Source: Leucoraja erinacea
Lineage: Eukaryota
Direction of reading: 5' to 3'
Length of the DNA: 64,000 bases
Assembly (NCBI RefSeq): GCF_028641065.1
Contig: NC_073394.1
Coordinates: 41,478,001-41,542,000 of the forward strand
The notes under the pieces were generated by a model that saw nothing but the letters and a program-made list of their open reading frames with translations, was not told the DNA's origin and searched no databases. A program made the translations under genes and the position numbers. Below, one piece after another: positions 38,101-48,699 of this stretch. How positions within the stretch are numbered: the first letter of the stretch is position 1; each line of letters starts with the position of its first letter.

Positions 38101-38991
38101 GAAGCCTTAACTTAAAAAAATTGTTAACAAGGATGGAATTGATCAGTCGGGTACTAAGGTTTTAAAAGAAAACTTTGGGTGGCGCAGAGGTGGAGTTGTG
38201 GACTTGCAACACCAGAGACTCGGATTCGATCCTGACCTCAGGTGCTATCTATGCTGAGTTTGCATGTTCTCCCCTTGACCGAGTGGGCTTCCTCCGGGTG
38301 CTCTGGTTTCCTCCCACAACCCAAAGACCTGCAGGTTTGGAGGTTAATTGGCTTTGGTAAAATTGTAAAGTGCCCCTTGTGTGTAGGTTAGGGCTAGTGA
38401 ATGGGCTGATCGCTAGTCGGCTTACTCAGTGGGCCGAAGGCCCTGTTTCCACTATGTATCTCCAAAGTCTAAAGTAAAAGTTAATTGGCCTCTGTAAATT
38501 GTCCCCTACTGTACAGGGAGTGGATGAGAAAATGGGATAACATAGAACTAGTGTGAACATGTTAGCGATGGCCAGCGTGGATTAGCTAGGCCTAAGAGCC
38601 CAGCTTGCTGTATTTCTGAACTAAACTATCCACTGTCGAAAGTGAGACCATCTCAATATGTGCATATTCTACTCTATTTTAAGGTAATTCCCCCAATGTG
38701 TCTGAAATCAACCGCAAAGCTCAAGAGGAAAGCACAGTGGCATCTTTCACGGTTTCGTTGACTGATTATGTACCTCAGAAAATTGAGGTGAAGTGGTTCA
38801 AAGGAGAACAACGCTATGTAGGGCCTGTCCATAATAGTCAACCTCAGGTTGCCACCACTGGCCTCTTCTCTTCAACAACAGAAATACAATTTATTCCAGA
38901 ACCATGTGATCATGACTTGGAAATCAGATGTGAGATATTTCATCTGGAAACAAAGAAAAGGATTTACCGAAAGTGTCGCTTAACATTTTGA
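11107..38991 (+). CDS. NCR3LG1-like: B7-H6/NCR3LG1-like type I membrane IgSF protein, 10 coding exons, ~975 aa: SP-IgV-IgC1-TM-(IgC1)x6
   Basis: Exons 11107-11182, 13278-13634, 18842-19162, 23916-24032, 25602-26015, 27350-27736, 29099-29410, 33015-33338, 37772-38083 and 38684-38991 all have AG/GT boundaries in phase 1. They join into one open frame of 2928 nt including TGA. The V and C1 sequences resemble human B7-H6 as I recall it. Confidence 0.8.
11271..12310. repeat. Minisatellite of (cacactcactc/cacttccacac)-cagtgtacact units in intron 1
   Basis: ~22-bp units with a palindromic GTGTACAC core. Confidence 0.95.
13278..13634 (+). CDS. Exon 2: IgV domain, B7-H6-like
   Basis: EGGDLVVSM...LLEC...VGVIWY...[23 protein letters not shown] with canonical C-W-C. 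Acceptor ttgcag (tandem cagaag NAGNAG), donor G|gtaaaa. Confidence 0.9.
14652..18712 (-). mobile_element. Near full-length degenerate CR1 LINE (SGNH-esterase ORF1, APE, RT), with a nested CR1 3' fragment at ~16336-16610
   Basis: ORF1 GNSIVRG...HVGTND (18166-18708), [37 protein letters not shown]1 tail tagaaaca. Lies in intron 2. Confidence 0.9.
18842..19162 (+). CDS. Exon 3: extracellular IgC1 domain, B7-H6-like
   Basis: [16 protein letters not shown]...[16 protein letters not shown]...[10 protein letters not shown]. Acceptor cttcacag, donor G|gtaagt. NGT and NVS sequons. Confidence 0.9.
19405..19915 (+). mobile_element. CR1 3' fragment
   Basis: Same subfamily as 8415-9019. Confidence 0.85.
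20315..21007 (+). mobile_element. Penelope-like element 3' part (GIY-YIG endonuclease)
   Basis: [10 protein letters not shown]...CxxxxCxxC...[16 protein letters not shown]...H. Confidence 0.85.
21011..21735 (+). mobile_element. Rex1/Babar-type LINE 3' fragment
   Basis: [10 protein letters not shown]...FYQSIIESI...HPANHLF...SFFPSAIR; AATAAA plus (ctat)n tail. Confidence 0.8.
21823..21850 (+). ncRNA. Minimal hammerhead ribozyme core in a Penelope pseudo-LTR
   Basis: CTGAAGA, stem GGGTC-TC-GACCC, then GAAACGTC. Variants at ~7101, 9838 and 59196 (+) and ~12695, 20037 and 44225 (-). Confidence 0.6.
22725..23346 (+). mobile_element. Rex1/Babar-type LINE 3' fragment
   Basis: [12 protein letters not shown]...SFFPEAIR; (acttg)n tail. 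Confidence 0.8.
23916..24032 (+). CDS. Exon 4: transmembrane helix plus basic stop-transfer
   Basis: [39 protein letters not shown]. Poly-T tract/ttacag acceptor, G|gtaaag donor, 117 nt, phase 1-1. Confidence 0.85.
25602..26015 (+). CDS. Exon 5: post-TM C1-like Ig domain 1 (no F-strand Cys, long insert)
   Basis: VPPKVSEI...[10 protein letters not shown]...[11 protein letters not shown]. Acceptor tttttctag, donor A|gtaagt. Confidence 0.8.
27350..27736 (+). CDS. Exon 6: post-TM C1 Ig domain 2
   Basis: [17 protein letters not shown]...[12 protein letters not shown]...YVCEVEHPA. Acceptor aacag after a pyrimidine tract, donor G|gtacag. Confidence 0.85.
29099..29410 (+). CDS. Exon 7: post-TM C1 Ig domain 3
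   Basis: [16 protein letters not shown]...DGRYSF...LTCKFQHES. Strong polypyrimidine acceptor ctcttcag, donor A|gtaagg. Confidence 0.85.
29905..31745 (+). mobile_element. CR1 ORF2 fragment
   Basis: [26 protein letters not shown] and FADD motifs, broken by stops and frameshifts. Confidence 0.9.
31945..32365 (+). mobile_element. CR1 3' fragment
   Basis: [11 protein letters not shown]...WNSLP plus tail. Confidence 0.85.
33015..33338 (+). CDS. Exon 8: post-TM C1 Ig domain 4 (no F-strand Cys)
   Basis: [20 protein letters not shown]...FKVEALH. Acceptor tttttgcag, donor G|gtatgt. Confidence 0.85.
34856..35255. mobile_element. Tc1/mariner (Tigger-like) MITE
   Basis: TA-flanked imperfect TIRs caggtccaccattaatttcc / ggaaaatcagtggtgaacctg. 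Confidence 0.6.
35395..36475 (+). mobile_element. Nested CR1 3' fragments (two subfamilies)
   Basis: C-terminal ORF2 motifs and two different tails. Confidence 0.85.
36527..37469. mobile_element. Non-autonomous DNA transposon, P-element-like (CAAAG termini)
   Basis: ~37-bp TIRs (caaagatcctatagcggagcaagataggctactcctg and its near-perfect inverse) and an 8-bp TSD GTCCTGAC (36519-36526, 37470-37477). Confidence 0.8.
37772..38083 (+). CDS. Exon 9: post-TM C1 Ig domain 5 (no F-strand Cys)
   Basis: [17 protein letters not shown]...DGFYQL...LVFEVKN. Acceptor ccaaatag, donor G|gtaagt. Confidence 0.8.
38684..38991 (+). CDS. Exon 10: post-TM C1 Ig domain 6 (no B-strand Cys), ends in TGA
   Basis: [20 protein letters not shown]...GLFSSTTEI...IRCEIFH...LTF*. 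Acceptor ttttaag. TGA at 38989-38991 is followed by G|gtaaat. Confidence 0.8.
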
Positions 38992-39832
38992 GGTAAATAT
39001 GACATTGCCTCCAAAGCATGGTTTCGACAAGGCTAGGTTTTAAAATAGCTAGTTTCTTCCCAGCTGTTATCATGCAATTGAACCGTCATCTCACCAACTA
39101 GATTGCAGTCCTGACCTCCCTTCCAACTTTATCTTGCACTAAATGTTGTACCCTTTTAAATTTATGAGTCATGGGAGCAGAATTAGACCATTCGGCCCAT
39201 TGAGTCTACTCCGCCATTCAATCATGGTTGGTGCATCTTTCACTCTCAACCCCATTCTCCTGCCTTTATCTGTTCACTTTGGACAGTTTGATTTTACCAT
39301 GCATAGTCTTTCCGCTGACTAGTCTTCTACTGACTGGATAGCATGCAACAAAAAACATTTCACTGTACCTCGGTACATGTGACAATAAACTAAACTAAAC
39401 CATTGGATCATATAGCCATTCCTGGCAAAATGTCATGTAATCAATGTGCTGGAGTGACTCAGTGGGTCAGGCAGCATCTATGGAGAACATGCATAGGGAT
39501 GACGTTTTCGGTCGGTCCCTCCTTCAGATTGATTGTGCTGGGTGGAGGAAATCTCATAAACTATCATGTCGGAAGGAACTGAGGCTGATTGACTGTCGGT
39601 ACCTGTACCTGGTTTACAGGTACCTGTAATACCTGTAAACTCCATTATCATATCTGCCTCCACCACCACCACCACCACGGGCAGCTATGAAGGCTCCACC
39701 ATACTCTGTATAAAAAAAACCTCACCCCGTACATCTGCTTTAAACTCCTTAAATCTCCTTTAAACTGGCTACTCGCGCTTTCAAGCTACGGCCTCTTATA
39801 TTATATATGCCTCTCATCATTTTATATACTTA

Positions 39833-40295
39833 CTAGACTAAGTGGGACCCATTGGGTGACCTGTTTGGGGCGGGGCTGGGCTGCTTGGGGCTGGGCTACT
39901 TGGGGCAGGGCTGCTTGGGGCGGGGCTGGGTTGCTTTGGGTCCCTCCGAAAGTCCGGTTGGAAACCTTCCGCTGGCCACCCTTATAAATACGCGATGGCG
40001 CAGGAAGGGGCCGATCGTCACGGAGAGTGACGGGAAGAGACTAACCCGCGCGGCGCTGACTGTCAGGTGAAGAGATCGATCTGCGCACGCGCGGTTTTTA
40101 AGATTTATAAACCTCGCTAACATTTACGACATTCAACCAATCTGAACGAAACTTGGTGCAATCGCAGCACAGGAGAACGGTGAGTGAACTGGCGAAAAAT
40201 CATAGCGTTATCGCGAACCATTTTTGCGTAAATAGAATGACCGCCAAACCGGAAGATAAAAAGATCAGAGTTTTATGTATGTGTAGATAGATAGA
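39833..40295 (-). mobile_element. Non-autonomous Helitron
   Basis: ctagactaagtgggacccattggg terminus and a ...gagttttatgtatgtgtagataga end (5'-TC on the minus strand). It interrupts a CR1 fragment. Confidence 0.7.
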
Positions 40296-40619
40296 ATATA
40301 TCAGGTTTCCCCTCAATCTCTGTCGTTCCAGAGAATACAATTCAAGTTTGTTCAATCTTTCCGTGTTGGTAATGTGCCTAATTCAGGCTGTTAACCACAA
40401 TGACCTTGCAGTTTGATGCAAGGCAAGGAGATCATAAAAATGTAGGTGTGTTAGGGTAACTAACACAGCAGTGCGTGATGTGAACATTCTTGGGTTTTGT
40501 TGAAGGGACATTGACTCTTTTTCTCTCTCCACAGATGCTGCCTGGTCTGCTGACTATTTCCAGAGGGATTTTGTAACAATATGTAAAGTTAACTTTAAAT
40601 CTTGCCATAAGCTGTGAGC

Positions 40620-42570
40620 CTTGGAGGAGTTGGAGGATCAATCACTGTAGCAGTTTTGGGAACTAAGGAGCAAACTAAAAAAGGAGACCAGAAGGGCAAA
40701 AGAGGGCCAGGAGATAGCACTGGCCGGCAGCATAAAAGACAATCCCAAAAGATTTTATGAATACGAAAGTGGGAATTAGAGAGAGAGTGGGACCTCTCAG
40801 GAATAAAGCGGTCATCTCTGTGTGGAGCCACAGGAGATGGGCAAGGTGCTCAATGAGTATTTCTCCTCTGTATTAACCAAGGAGAAAGACAGTAGGACAG
40901 AAGAAATTGGAGCAGTCACTGGAAGTATCATGAGAGCAGTCAGGGTTATCGTCGAGGAAGTACTGAAGGTACTGACGTATTTAAAGGTAGACATGTATAT
41001 GTTAAATCTATCAGATACTAGACCAAGTGCAGATCCGTTGGGTCTGCTCCCCCAATGGTGTGATCCCCCAACCCAATGTTCCACCATGCACCCGTCTCCT
41101 CCAACGGAACTGAACCCGTTCCCAAATGTAAGATTCCAGCACTCCCCTGCCTCCCTCAGCAGTGGATTTAAAAAAAATTCCAATTGCACCTCCCCTGCCC
41201 GCTGCAGCAGTTCCAATTGCAATACCAATGGGCCCTCCCCCTCCTGTTGAAGCACTTGCTGTGCTATCCCATTGAGGTGAAAAGTTCAGAGTGTTCCTGT
41301 CTTGCAACTTTGTTTTGAAGTGTGTTGGAAGTTGATAGGAAGGAGCAGCCGTCAACGAATCAAAAGGCAGAAAGGCAGCCAGACGGCAGGCGGCAGCCAC
41401 ACAGTTTTAATATATAATAGATATCCGAGAACATTGCGTGAAACTAGAGAGGAAATTGCGGGAGCCCTTGTTGAAATTTACGTGTTGTCCTTAAATACAG
41501 GAGAGGTGCTTGAGGATTGGAGAGTGGCAAATGGTGTGCCTCTTCAAGAAGGGCTGCAGGGAAAATGCTGGGAACTATAGGCCAGTGAGCTCAACATCTG
41601 CAGTTGGTACGTTACTGGAGAGTATTCTGAGGAATGGGATATCCTGGCATTTAGACTGTCAAGGCTGATTAGGGATAGTCGGCATGGTTTTGTACATGAG
41701 AGGTCATCTCACAAATCTGATTGATTTTTTTGAAGACATGAGCAAAAAGATTGAATGTGCACATGGACTGCACATGGACTTCGACAAGCTGCCGCATGGT
41801 AGGCTACTCCAGAAGGTTATATCTCATGGGATCCAAGGAGAGATAGCTGAATGGATAGCAAATTGGCTCCCTGGAAGGAAGCAGAGGGTGATAGTGGAAG
41901 GTTGCTTCTCAGAATAGAGGCCTGTGACTAGTGGTGTGCCACAGGGTTCGGTGCTGGGCCCGTTACTGTTTGTCATCTGCATTAACGATTTGGATGAGAA
42001 CATACACGGCAAGATTAGCATGTTTGCTAATGATATAAAAGTTAGTGTTTTTGCAGATAGTGAAGATGGTTGTGAACAATTGCAGCAGGGTCTGGAACGA
42101 TTGGTCAGGTGGGCGGAGGAATGGTTGATGGAATTTAATACAGAGAAGTGTGAGGTGTCGAACAAGGGCAGGCCTCTGGGTTGTGTTGTAGAGCAGAGAG
42201 ATCAAAGTGTGCAAGAGTACAAGTGCATGATTCCTTGAAGGTTGAGTCGCAGGTAGATAAGGTGGTCAAAAAGGCTTGGCACTTTGGCCTTCATCAGTCA
42301 GTTGCAGTTTGGAGGTCGTGTTGCAGTTGTATAAGACGTTGGTGAGGCTGCATTTTGAGCATTGTTTTTAGTTCTGGGCAAAATGTTCCATGAATGATGT
42401 TGGCAAGCTGGAAAGGATACAGAAAGGATTTACGAGGATGTTGCCAGGACTAGATGATGTGAACTATAGGGAGAGGTTAAGTAGGCTGGGTCTCTATTCC
42501 ATGGAGCGTAGGAGAATGAGGGGTGATCTTATAGAGGTATACAAAATCATGAGAGGAATAGATCGGGTAG
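40620..42570 (+). mobile_element. Older CR1 ORF2 fragment, interrupted by a Helitron
   Basis: [21 protein letters not shown] and LERIQKGFTRM motifs. Confidence 0.85.
41018..41421 (-). mobile_element. Non-autonomous Helitron inserted at A|T inside a CR1
   Basis: TC...CTAG termini on the minus strand, subterminal hairpin gcagatcc/gggtctgc (41029-41047), no TSD. The flanks rejoin as tcagata|tatccgagaac. Confidence 0.8.
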
Positions 42571-44334
42571 ATGCACATGATATATACATCTGTTGCTTCC
42601 AATTGCTGCCAATACACAGCATATTTTAATTCAGAGCAATTTGATATTGGCAAGTTAGGTGAGATCATGACTCATCTTTGAGATTTACAGGAGCGTTCAG
42701 GAGCTTCCAACGGAATATCTAACTCATAGCATATAATGTACATAGAACAGCACAGCATAGGTACAGGCCCCACGGCCCACCAAGTCTGTGTCAAACATGA
42801 TGCGAAGACTTAATTAATCTCTGCCTGCATGTGCTCCATATCCTTCCGTTCCCAGTATATCTAAAAGCCTGTTAAACGCCACTATGGTATCTGCCTCTAC
42901 TGCCACTCCTGGCAGCATGTTCCAGGCACCCACCTCCTCTGCAGAAAAACCTGCCCTATACTTCCTTTAAACTATTACACTTCCAACCTTCGAGCTATGC
43001 CCCCTAATATTTGATATAATGTTGGATATACATTTACTGATGATAACTGTAAGGTGCAGATACTCCATTCTGTAAAATTAAGGCCACAAAAGACCAGACA
43101 TTTCGTGTAAAATTATCCCTCATCTCACTGTTACAATTCTTCCCATTACATTCCATTCCATTCAAACATTATGTTCAAATGCCATTGACAAAAAGGTCAA
43201 CTTTTTTTTCCCCAGTTGGAGAATCTAGAACCAGAGGACACAGGTTTAAGGTGATAGGGGAAAGATTTAAACGGTAACTGAGGGACAGCTGTATCACACA
43301 GAGGGTAGTGGGTGTATGGAACGAGCTGCCAGGCAAGCTAGTTGACTGATTTACTGATCTGAAGAAGAATCGCGTCCAGAAACGTCATCTCTCCATTCCC
43401 TCCAGAGATGTTGCCTGACCTGCTGAGTTCCTCCAGAACTTTATGTTTTGTTATCATCCTGAGTATTAATGATGTAACCTGTAAATGCTTAAAAGTTGAA
43501 ATACATTTTAAAAGCATTTCAGATGCAATCTCAATATATTTTCAAAATCATTATTTTATCCCAGTCTTCCCAAAAGATTTGCTTAATGTTTCCATTATAC
43601 TCAAATATTTGAGGATTTAAATGTTTGTTGTGTAGGTGATTTTGAATGTTTTCTGTAAAGATGATGTTTTTCATTAAAATATTTGCTATTAAATAACAAT
43701 GCATTCCTAGAGTATTTTAGTTCTTTTCTTACATATCTTGACCTAAATGATTTCAAAGCTATTTATGTTGCATAATTACTTGAAATAACCTATTCCATAT
43801 TGAAAAATGGCCAAGAGATGCTGAATATTGGTTAAACATATTGGTTAATTTGTTTATTGTTTTGCGCTCTTATTGAGGATTAGATAACTATGATGGGCAA
43901 TCCTGGACATCAAATATGTCTCATTTGACAACACAAGGAACTGCAGACACTGGAATCTTGAGTAAAACACAAAGTGCTGGAGGAACTCATTGGGTCTGGC
44001 AACATTTGTGGAGGGAATGACATTTCACGTCAGGACCCTTCAGACTCATGAAACATCATGTGTCCATTTCCTCCATGGATGCTGCCTGACCTGCTAAGTT
44101 CCTCCAGAACCTTGTGATTTACTCGTGACTTATTTGACATCCAGTAGGAGACAAGATCGTTTTACACCAAGCTGGAGTAACAGCGGTACAGGCAGCATCT
44201 CCGGAGTGAAGGAATGGGTGACATTTTCGGGTCGAGACCCTTCTTCATTCTGAAGGGTTTCGACCTGAAACGTCACCCATTCCTTCTCTACAGAGATGCT
44301 GCCTGTCCCACTGAGTTACTGCAGCTTTTTGTGT

Positions 44335-45139
44335 CTATAGGGAGATTGCATGCAGTCGAGGTCACGACTCGTGACCCGTACTGTGGCCACGCAACGCCAA
44401 CTGCAGTACACGCGATGAATTGCAGGTAAGCATTTACTATGGCTGGCAGTACAGCGGGCCCTTCTTCTGGCCCAGCATCCGGACTGGTTGCACAGCCGTG
44501 GACCCCGGGACGTCTATCCCCGCGGCCGGGGGTGGGAGGTGGAGGAGGAGGTGGTGGTGGTCGGGGGGGGGGGGGGGGGGGGGGAGGAAGAGGTCGGGGT
44601 GTCGGTGCAGTGATTGGGTGGGTGGAGGGAGCAGACCGTCCCCAACTCTGCTGCAGCTGACGTTGCCTGGAGCCGCGGCCACGCTCCACCCGTCCTTGCT
44701 CCACCCTCCCCGCTCCCCCGTCCCCGCTCCCCCGTCCCCGCTCTCCCCGGCCCCGTGTGTGGGCGATGCCGACGACACAGCCCCGGACAGTGCAGCCCAC
44801 AGGGGGAGACGGGGCAGAGGGCGGCCATGGCCTGAGAGCGCTGACCTCAGGGGGGGGGGGGGGGGAAGAGTAGGGGCTGTACCGAGGGATGCGCTTCTTC
44901 GGCCGCTTACACCTTGGTGCTCAGATTCAGAGCAAAGATTTCCCGCTTTCAATTACAGTACCCACAAATATTTATAGCGCAAAAAATGACAAATACTGCT
45001 GTTTTTAACAGGTAAGAAGATACGAGTTCTGTGTGTTAACAGTGTGTGCCGGAAGCTGCCATGTCCTCCACATGGATTGAGCTGCTATGTGCGTCACGCC
45101 CTTTGACCCGATGACCTTGCGTGCAACCCCCCCCCATAG
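44335..45139. mobile_element. GC-rich non-autonomous TIR element (unclassified)
   Basis: Imperfect inverted ends ctatagggagattgcatgca...ggtca / tgaccttgcgtgcaaccccc...atag. Confidence 0.45.
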
Positions 45140-45619
45140 AAAATAGGTGCAGGTGCAGGCCATTCGGGCCTTCGTGCCAGCACCGCTTGGTTTTTAGCTT
45201 AAATCAGCATCTGCAGTTCCATCGTACACCAGCTTTTTACATTGTGCCTTTTAAAATTTCAGTTCTCACTTTGAACCACAAAGTTCCCCACAGATGTCAG
45301 GCCGGCACAGTGACACAACTGGTAGAGACCCGGGTCCGGCCCGGTCCGGACTAGTTCTGGGCCTGTTTCCGTGCTGCCTCTCTCAAATCAATTGACAAAC
45401 TAGTTGACAGATGTTCAGTTATCATCACAACAATTCAATCGCCAGTTCTACATTCTCTACATTGTCCTTGTTCTTAGGAGTATAAACACTCAATGTAATT
45501 TGAATTTGCGGAGATTCTCGCAGGCGGGAGGTAGTCGGCTACCGAGTGCTCTCCCCAATGTCGGTTTCTGTTGACAAGAAACTCTCATTGGTCATCGCTC
45601 TGTCCGACTGCTCTCTCTG

Positions 45620-45935
45620 GCCATGGTGGCACAGCGGTAGAGTTGCTGCCTTACAGCGCCACAGACCCACCCGTGTTCCATCCTGACTACAGGTGCAGTC
45701 TGCATGCAGTTAGTACTTTCTCCCTGTGACCATGTGGGTTTTATCAGAGATCTCCCGTTTCCCCCCCAAGCTCCAAAGACATACAGGTTTGTAGGTTAAT
45801 TGGCTTCAGTTAAAAAAAAATGTAAGTTGTCCCTAGTGTGTGTAGAATACTGTTAGTGTGCGGGGATTGCCCACCGGCGTGGACTCTGCGGGCCGAAGGG
45901 CCTGTTTCTGCACCCTATCTCTAAACTCTAAACTA
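45620..45935 (+). mobile_element. tRNA-derived SINE (other copies ~13660, 14400, 26030, 38177)
   Basis: ggtggcacagcggtagagttgctgcc head, conserved core, ctaaa tail. Confidence 0.75.
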
Positions 45936-46295
45936 AAATCTCTTTCCCTCTGTAATCTCTGCAGTCTGTATATCTGGGATCCAGCCACAAAATGCTGAAG
46001 TAACTCAGTGGGACAGGCAGCATCTCTGGATACAAGGAATGAGTGACGTTTTGGGTCGAGACATCTGGGATCAATATGTCCTCTCACTCTCCAATCTGTC
46101 TGCAATCTCTGTGTTTGATGTCTCTGTTCTCTGTGTTCTGTCGGTGATCTGTGTGTGTGTTATCTCTGTAATCTCCAAGATCTGAGATTTCTGCCTGTCT
46201 CTGTGATCTCTTGTTCTCTGTCTGTAATCTCTGTGATCTGTTGGGATCTCTGCCTGATCTCTCTTTGCCTGGGATCTTTGTCTATGGAAATAAAT

Positions 46296-46656
46296 CGGTA
46301 GGCGGCGCGGCTCTGGCCAGCAGCGGCCTCTGCAGCCTGTCCGCGTTTTTATTAATTTTTGTCTGTGTTTTTATGTAGTGTTTGTTATTTTATGTTCCCT
46401 GTGTGTCTGGGGGGGTGGGGGTGGGGTGGGGTGGGGGGGGGGGGGTGGGGGGGTGGGGTGGGAGGGGGGGGGAAACTTTTTGAATCTTCCCTGCACTGAG
46501 ACCCGACCTTTTCTCGTCGGGTCTCAGTCGTCGTTGAGGCCGTAACGAGGAGCGGCCTCCAACAGGAAGAAGCCGGGGACTCGGGTGTCGACTCACCTCA
46601 CCGTCGCGGAGCTGGCCGGGTCCGGAGCGGTGGAGGAGCGCTGCCGCTGCTGCTGG

Positions 46657-46708
<52 letters not shown>

Positions 46709-47225
46709 GGAGAGTCGGAGGCTCTCTACAGGTCTGTGGACGATGGCGCCGAGCCCACGGCTCCCTGGGGGGAGACCGCTTTTCGGGGCTTCTGCGGCGG
46801 CGACTTCTCCCGCCCGAATTGCGGGGTTGAAGAGCTCCTGGAGCGGGGCCTGACACCACTGCCCCGCGCGGCTGGAATGGCTGCGGACTCTGCGAGCGCA
46901 CACCGGGGGCTCCAACATCAAGACCCGGTGTGCGACCTCGCACCACCCGGCGTGGCTTTAATGGCCGCGGGACAATCGCCACTGCCAGCCGGGGGCTTTG
47001 ACTTTGACTCTGACATCGGGGGGGGGGAGAGTGCAGTGGAGAGATACGTTTATTTGGCCCCCATCACAGTTATGTGATGGATGTTTATGTTAAATGTAAT
47101 TATGTTGTGTCTGGGGTCTATTTGTGTGTTATGTATGGCTGCAGAAACGGCATTTCGTTTGGACCTCCAGGGGTCCAAATGACAAATAAATTGATTCTGA
47201 TTCTCTTCTGATTCTTCTGATTCTA
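46296..47225 (+). mobile_element. Non-autonomous retroposon with AATAAA/(attctg)n tail and an internal (CTG)n tract
   Basis: Its 5' end is the reverse complement of 1-103; architecture is similar to 7716-8414. Confidence 0.55.
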
Positions 47226-47456
47226 AATTCATTATCTCACTGTCTGAGATTTCTCTCTCTGTCTGGGATCTCCCTCTGTCTAGGGAAAGAGGTCCTTGCT
47301 CTGGCTGATGTCTCTGTTTGGGGAAAGAGACCTGCTTTCTGTCTCCGATCTCTCCCTGCCTGGGATAGGGGTTCTCCCTCTCCCTCTCCCTCTCCCTCTC
47401 CCCCTCCCCCTCCCGACTCTCCCCGGGCAGGCTGCGCTCCGTGAGACACAGCCTCT

Positions 47457-47485
47457 CCCCGCCCACCTGCGGCGAAAGTGAAACC
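47457..47485. promoter_or_regulatory. GC box (CCCCGCCC) plus ISRE (GAAAGTGAAACC): candidate interferon-responsive promoter/enhancer
   Basis: Consensus ISRE at 47474-47485 next to an Sp1-type box in a small GC-rich patch. Confidence 0.5.
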
Positions 47486-48699
47486 AACACAGAGAGAGAA
47501 GGGAGAGAGGGGAGTGGGGAGAGAGGGGGGAGCGGGGGGAGAGGGGAGCGGTGAGAGCATTGAAGGGCCTGTTTCTCTGCTGTACTGTTGTATGTATAAT
47601 GGTCAGTACAAAGATTACAGGCCGAAGGGCCTGATCCTGTGCTGTTCTATACGTTATGGGCAGCACGGATATTGTGGGCCAAAGGGTCTGAAACTGTACA
47701 GCATTATTTAAGATTCTTGGGGTTCCTGACAGGATAGTTGTTGCGATGATTTCGCTGGTGGGAAAGTCATGATTAAGTGGAAATAGCCACAAAGTAAGGA
47801 GTCAATCATAGAGCCGTACAGCACAGAAACAAGCCCTTCAGCCCAACTTGTCCATGCCGACCAAGACCCACATCGAAGCTAGTCCCTTTTGCCTGCGTTT
47901 GGTCTATATCTGTCAAAACACTTCCTATCCATATACCTATCTTTTAAATGTTATAGTACCGGTCTCAACTAACTCCTCTGGCAGCTTGTTCCATATATCA
48001 CTGTGTGAAAGAAAGCGTTGCCCTTCAGCTTCTTACCCCTCACCTTAAACTTCTGCCCTCTAGTTCTTAATTCCCCTACTCTAATTCTGTGTATTCTATG
48101 CCCCACATGATTTTGTACACCTCTATAAGATCACCCTTCATCCTGCAAGGAATGAAGTCCTAGACTGCCCAAACTTTCCATGTAATACATGAAACATGAA
48201 GTTAAAGCGACGAGTGGAAAGACTTGGTGGAAAGATAGTCAGTCTCCGCCTATTGAAGTGGGAGGAGTTGTGTAGTTTGACAGAACTGGTTTGGCAAGTC
48301 AGAGTGCTGATTAACCTAAAACCCACATGTTGTTTTTGGGCGTGGAAGGAAACTCATGCAATCGCAGGGGGAACGTGCCAACTCTGTATGTAAATTGTCC
48401 CTAGTGTGTAGGATAGTGCCAGTGTGTGGGTATCACTGGTCAGCACAGACATTGTGGGCTGAAGGGTCTGTTTCCACACTGTATCTCTATAAAGTCTAAT
48501 TAATTTAATGTAATGAACATGATTCCAAATTCAACTTATCTCCTCGGCCTGCATGTGATCCACACCCACCCAGTTACTGCACATCCGTGCCTATTTAAAA
48601 ACCTGTCATATCTGCCTCCAGCAGCATGTTCCAGACACACACCACTCTCTGCATGCAAAAAAAAAAACTTGCCCTGCACAATTCCTTTCAACTTATATC

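Noticed and set aside
46585-46982. PolyQ/polyC/polyL ORFs
   Set aside because: (CTG)n microsatellite inside a dispersed repeat.
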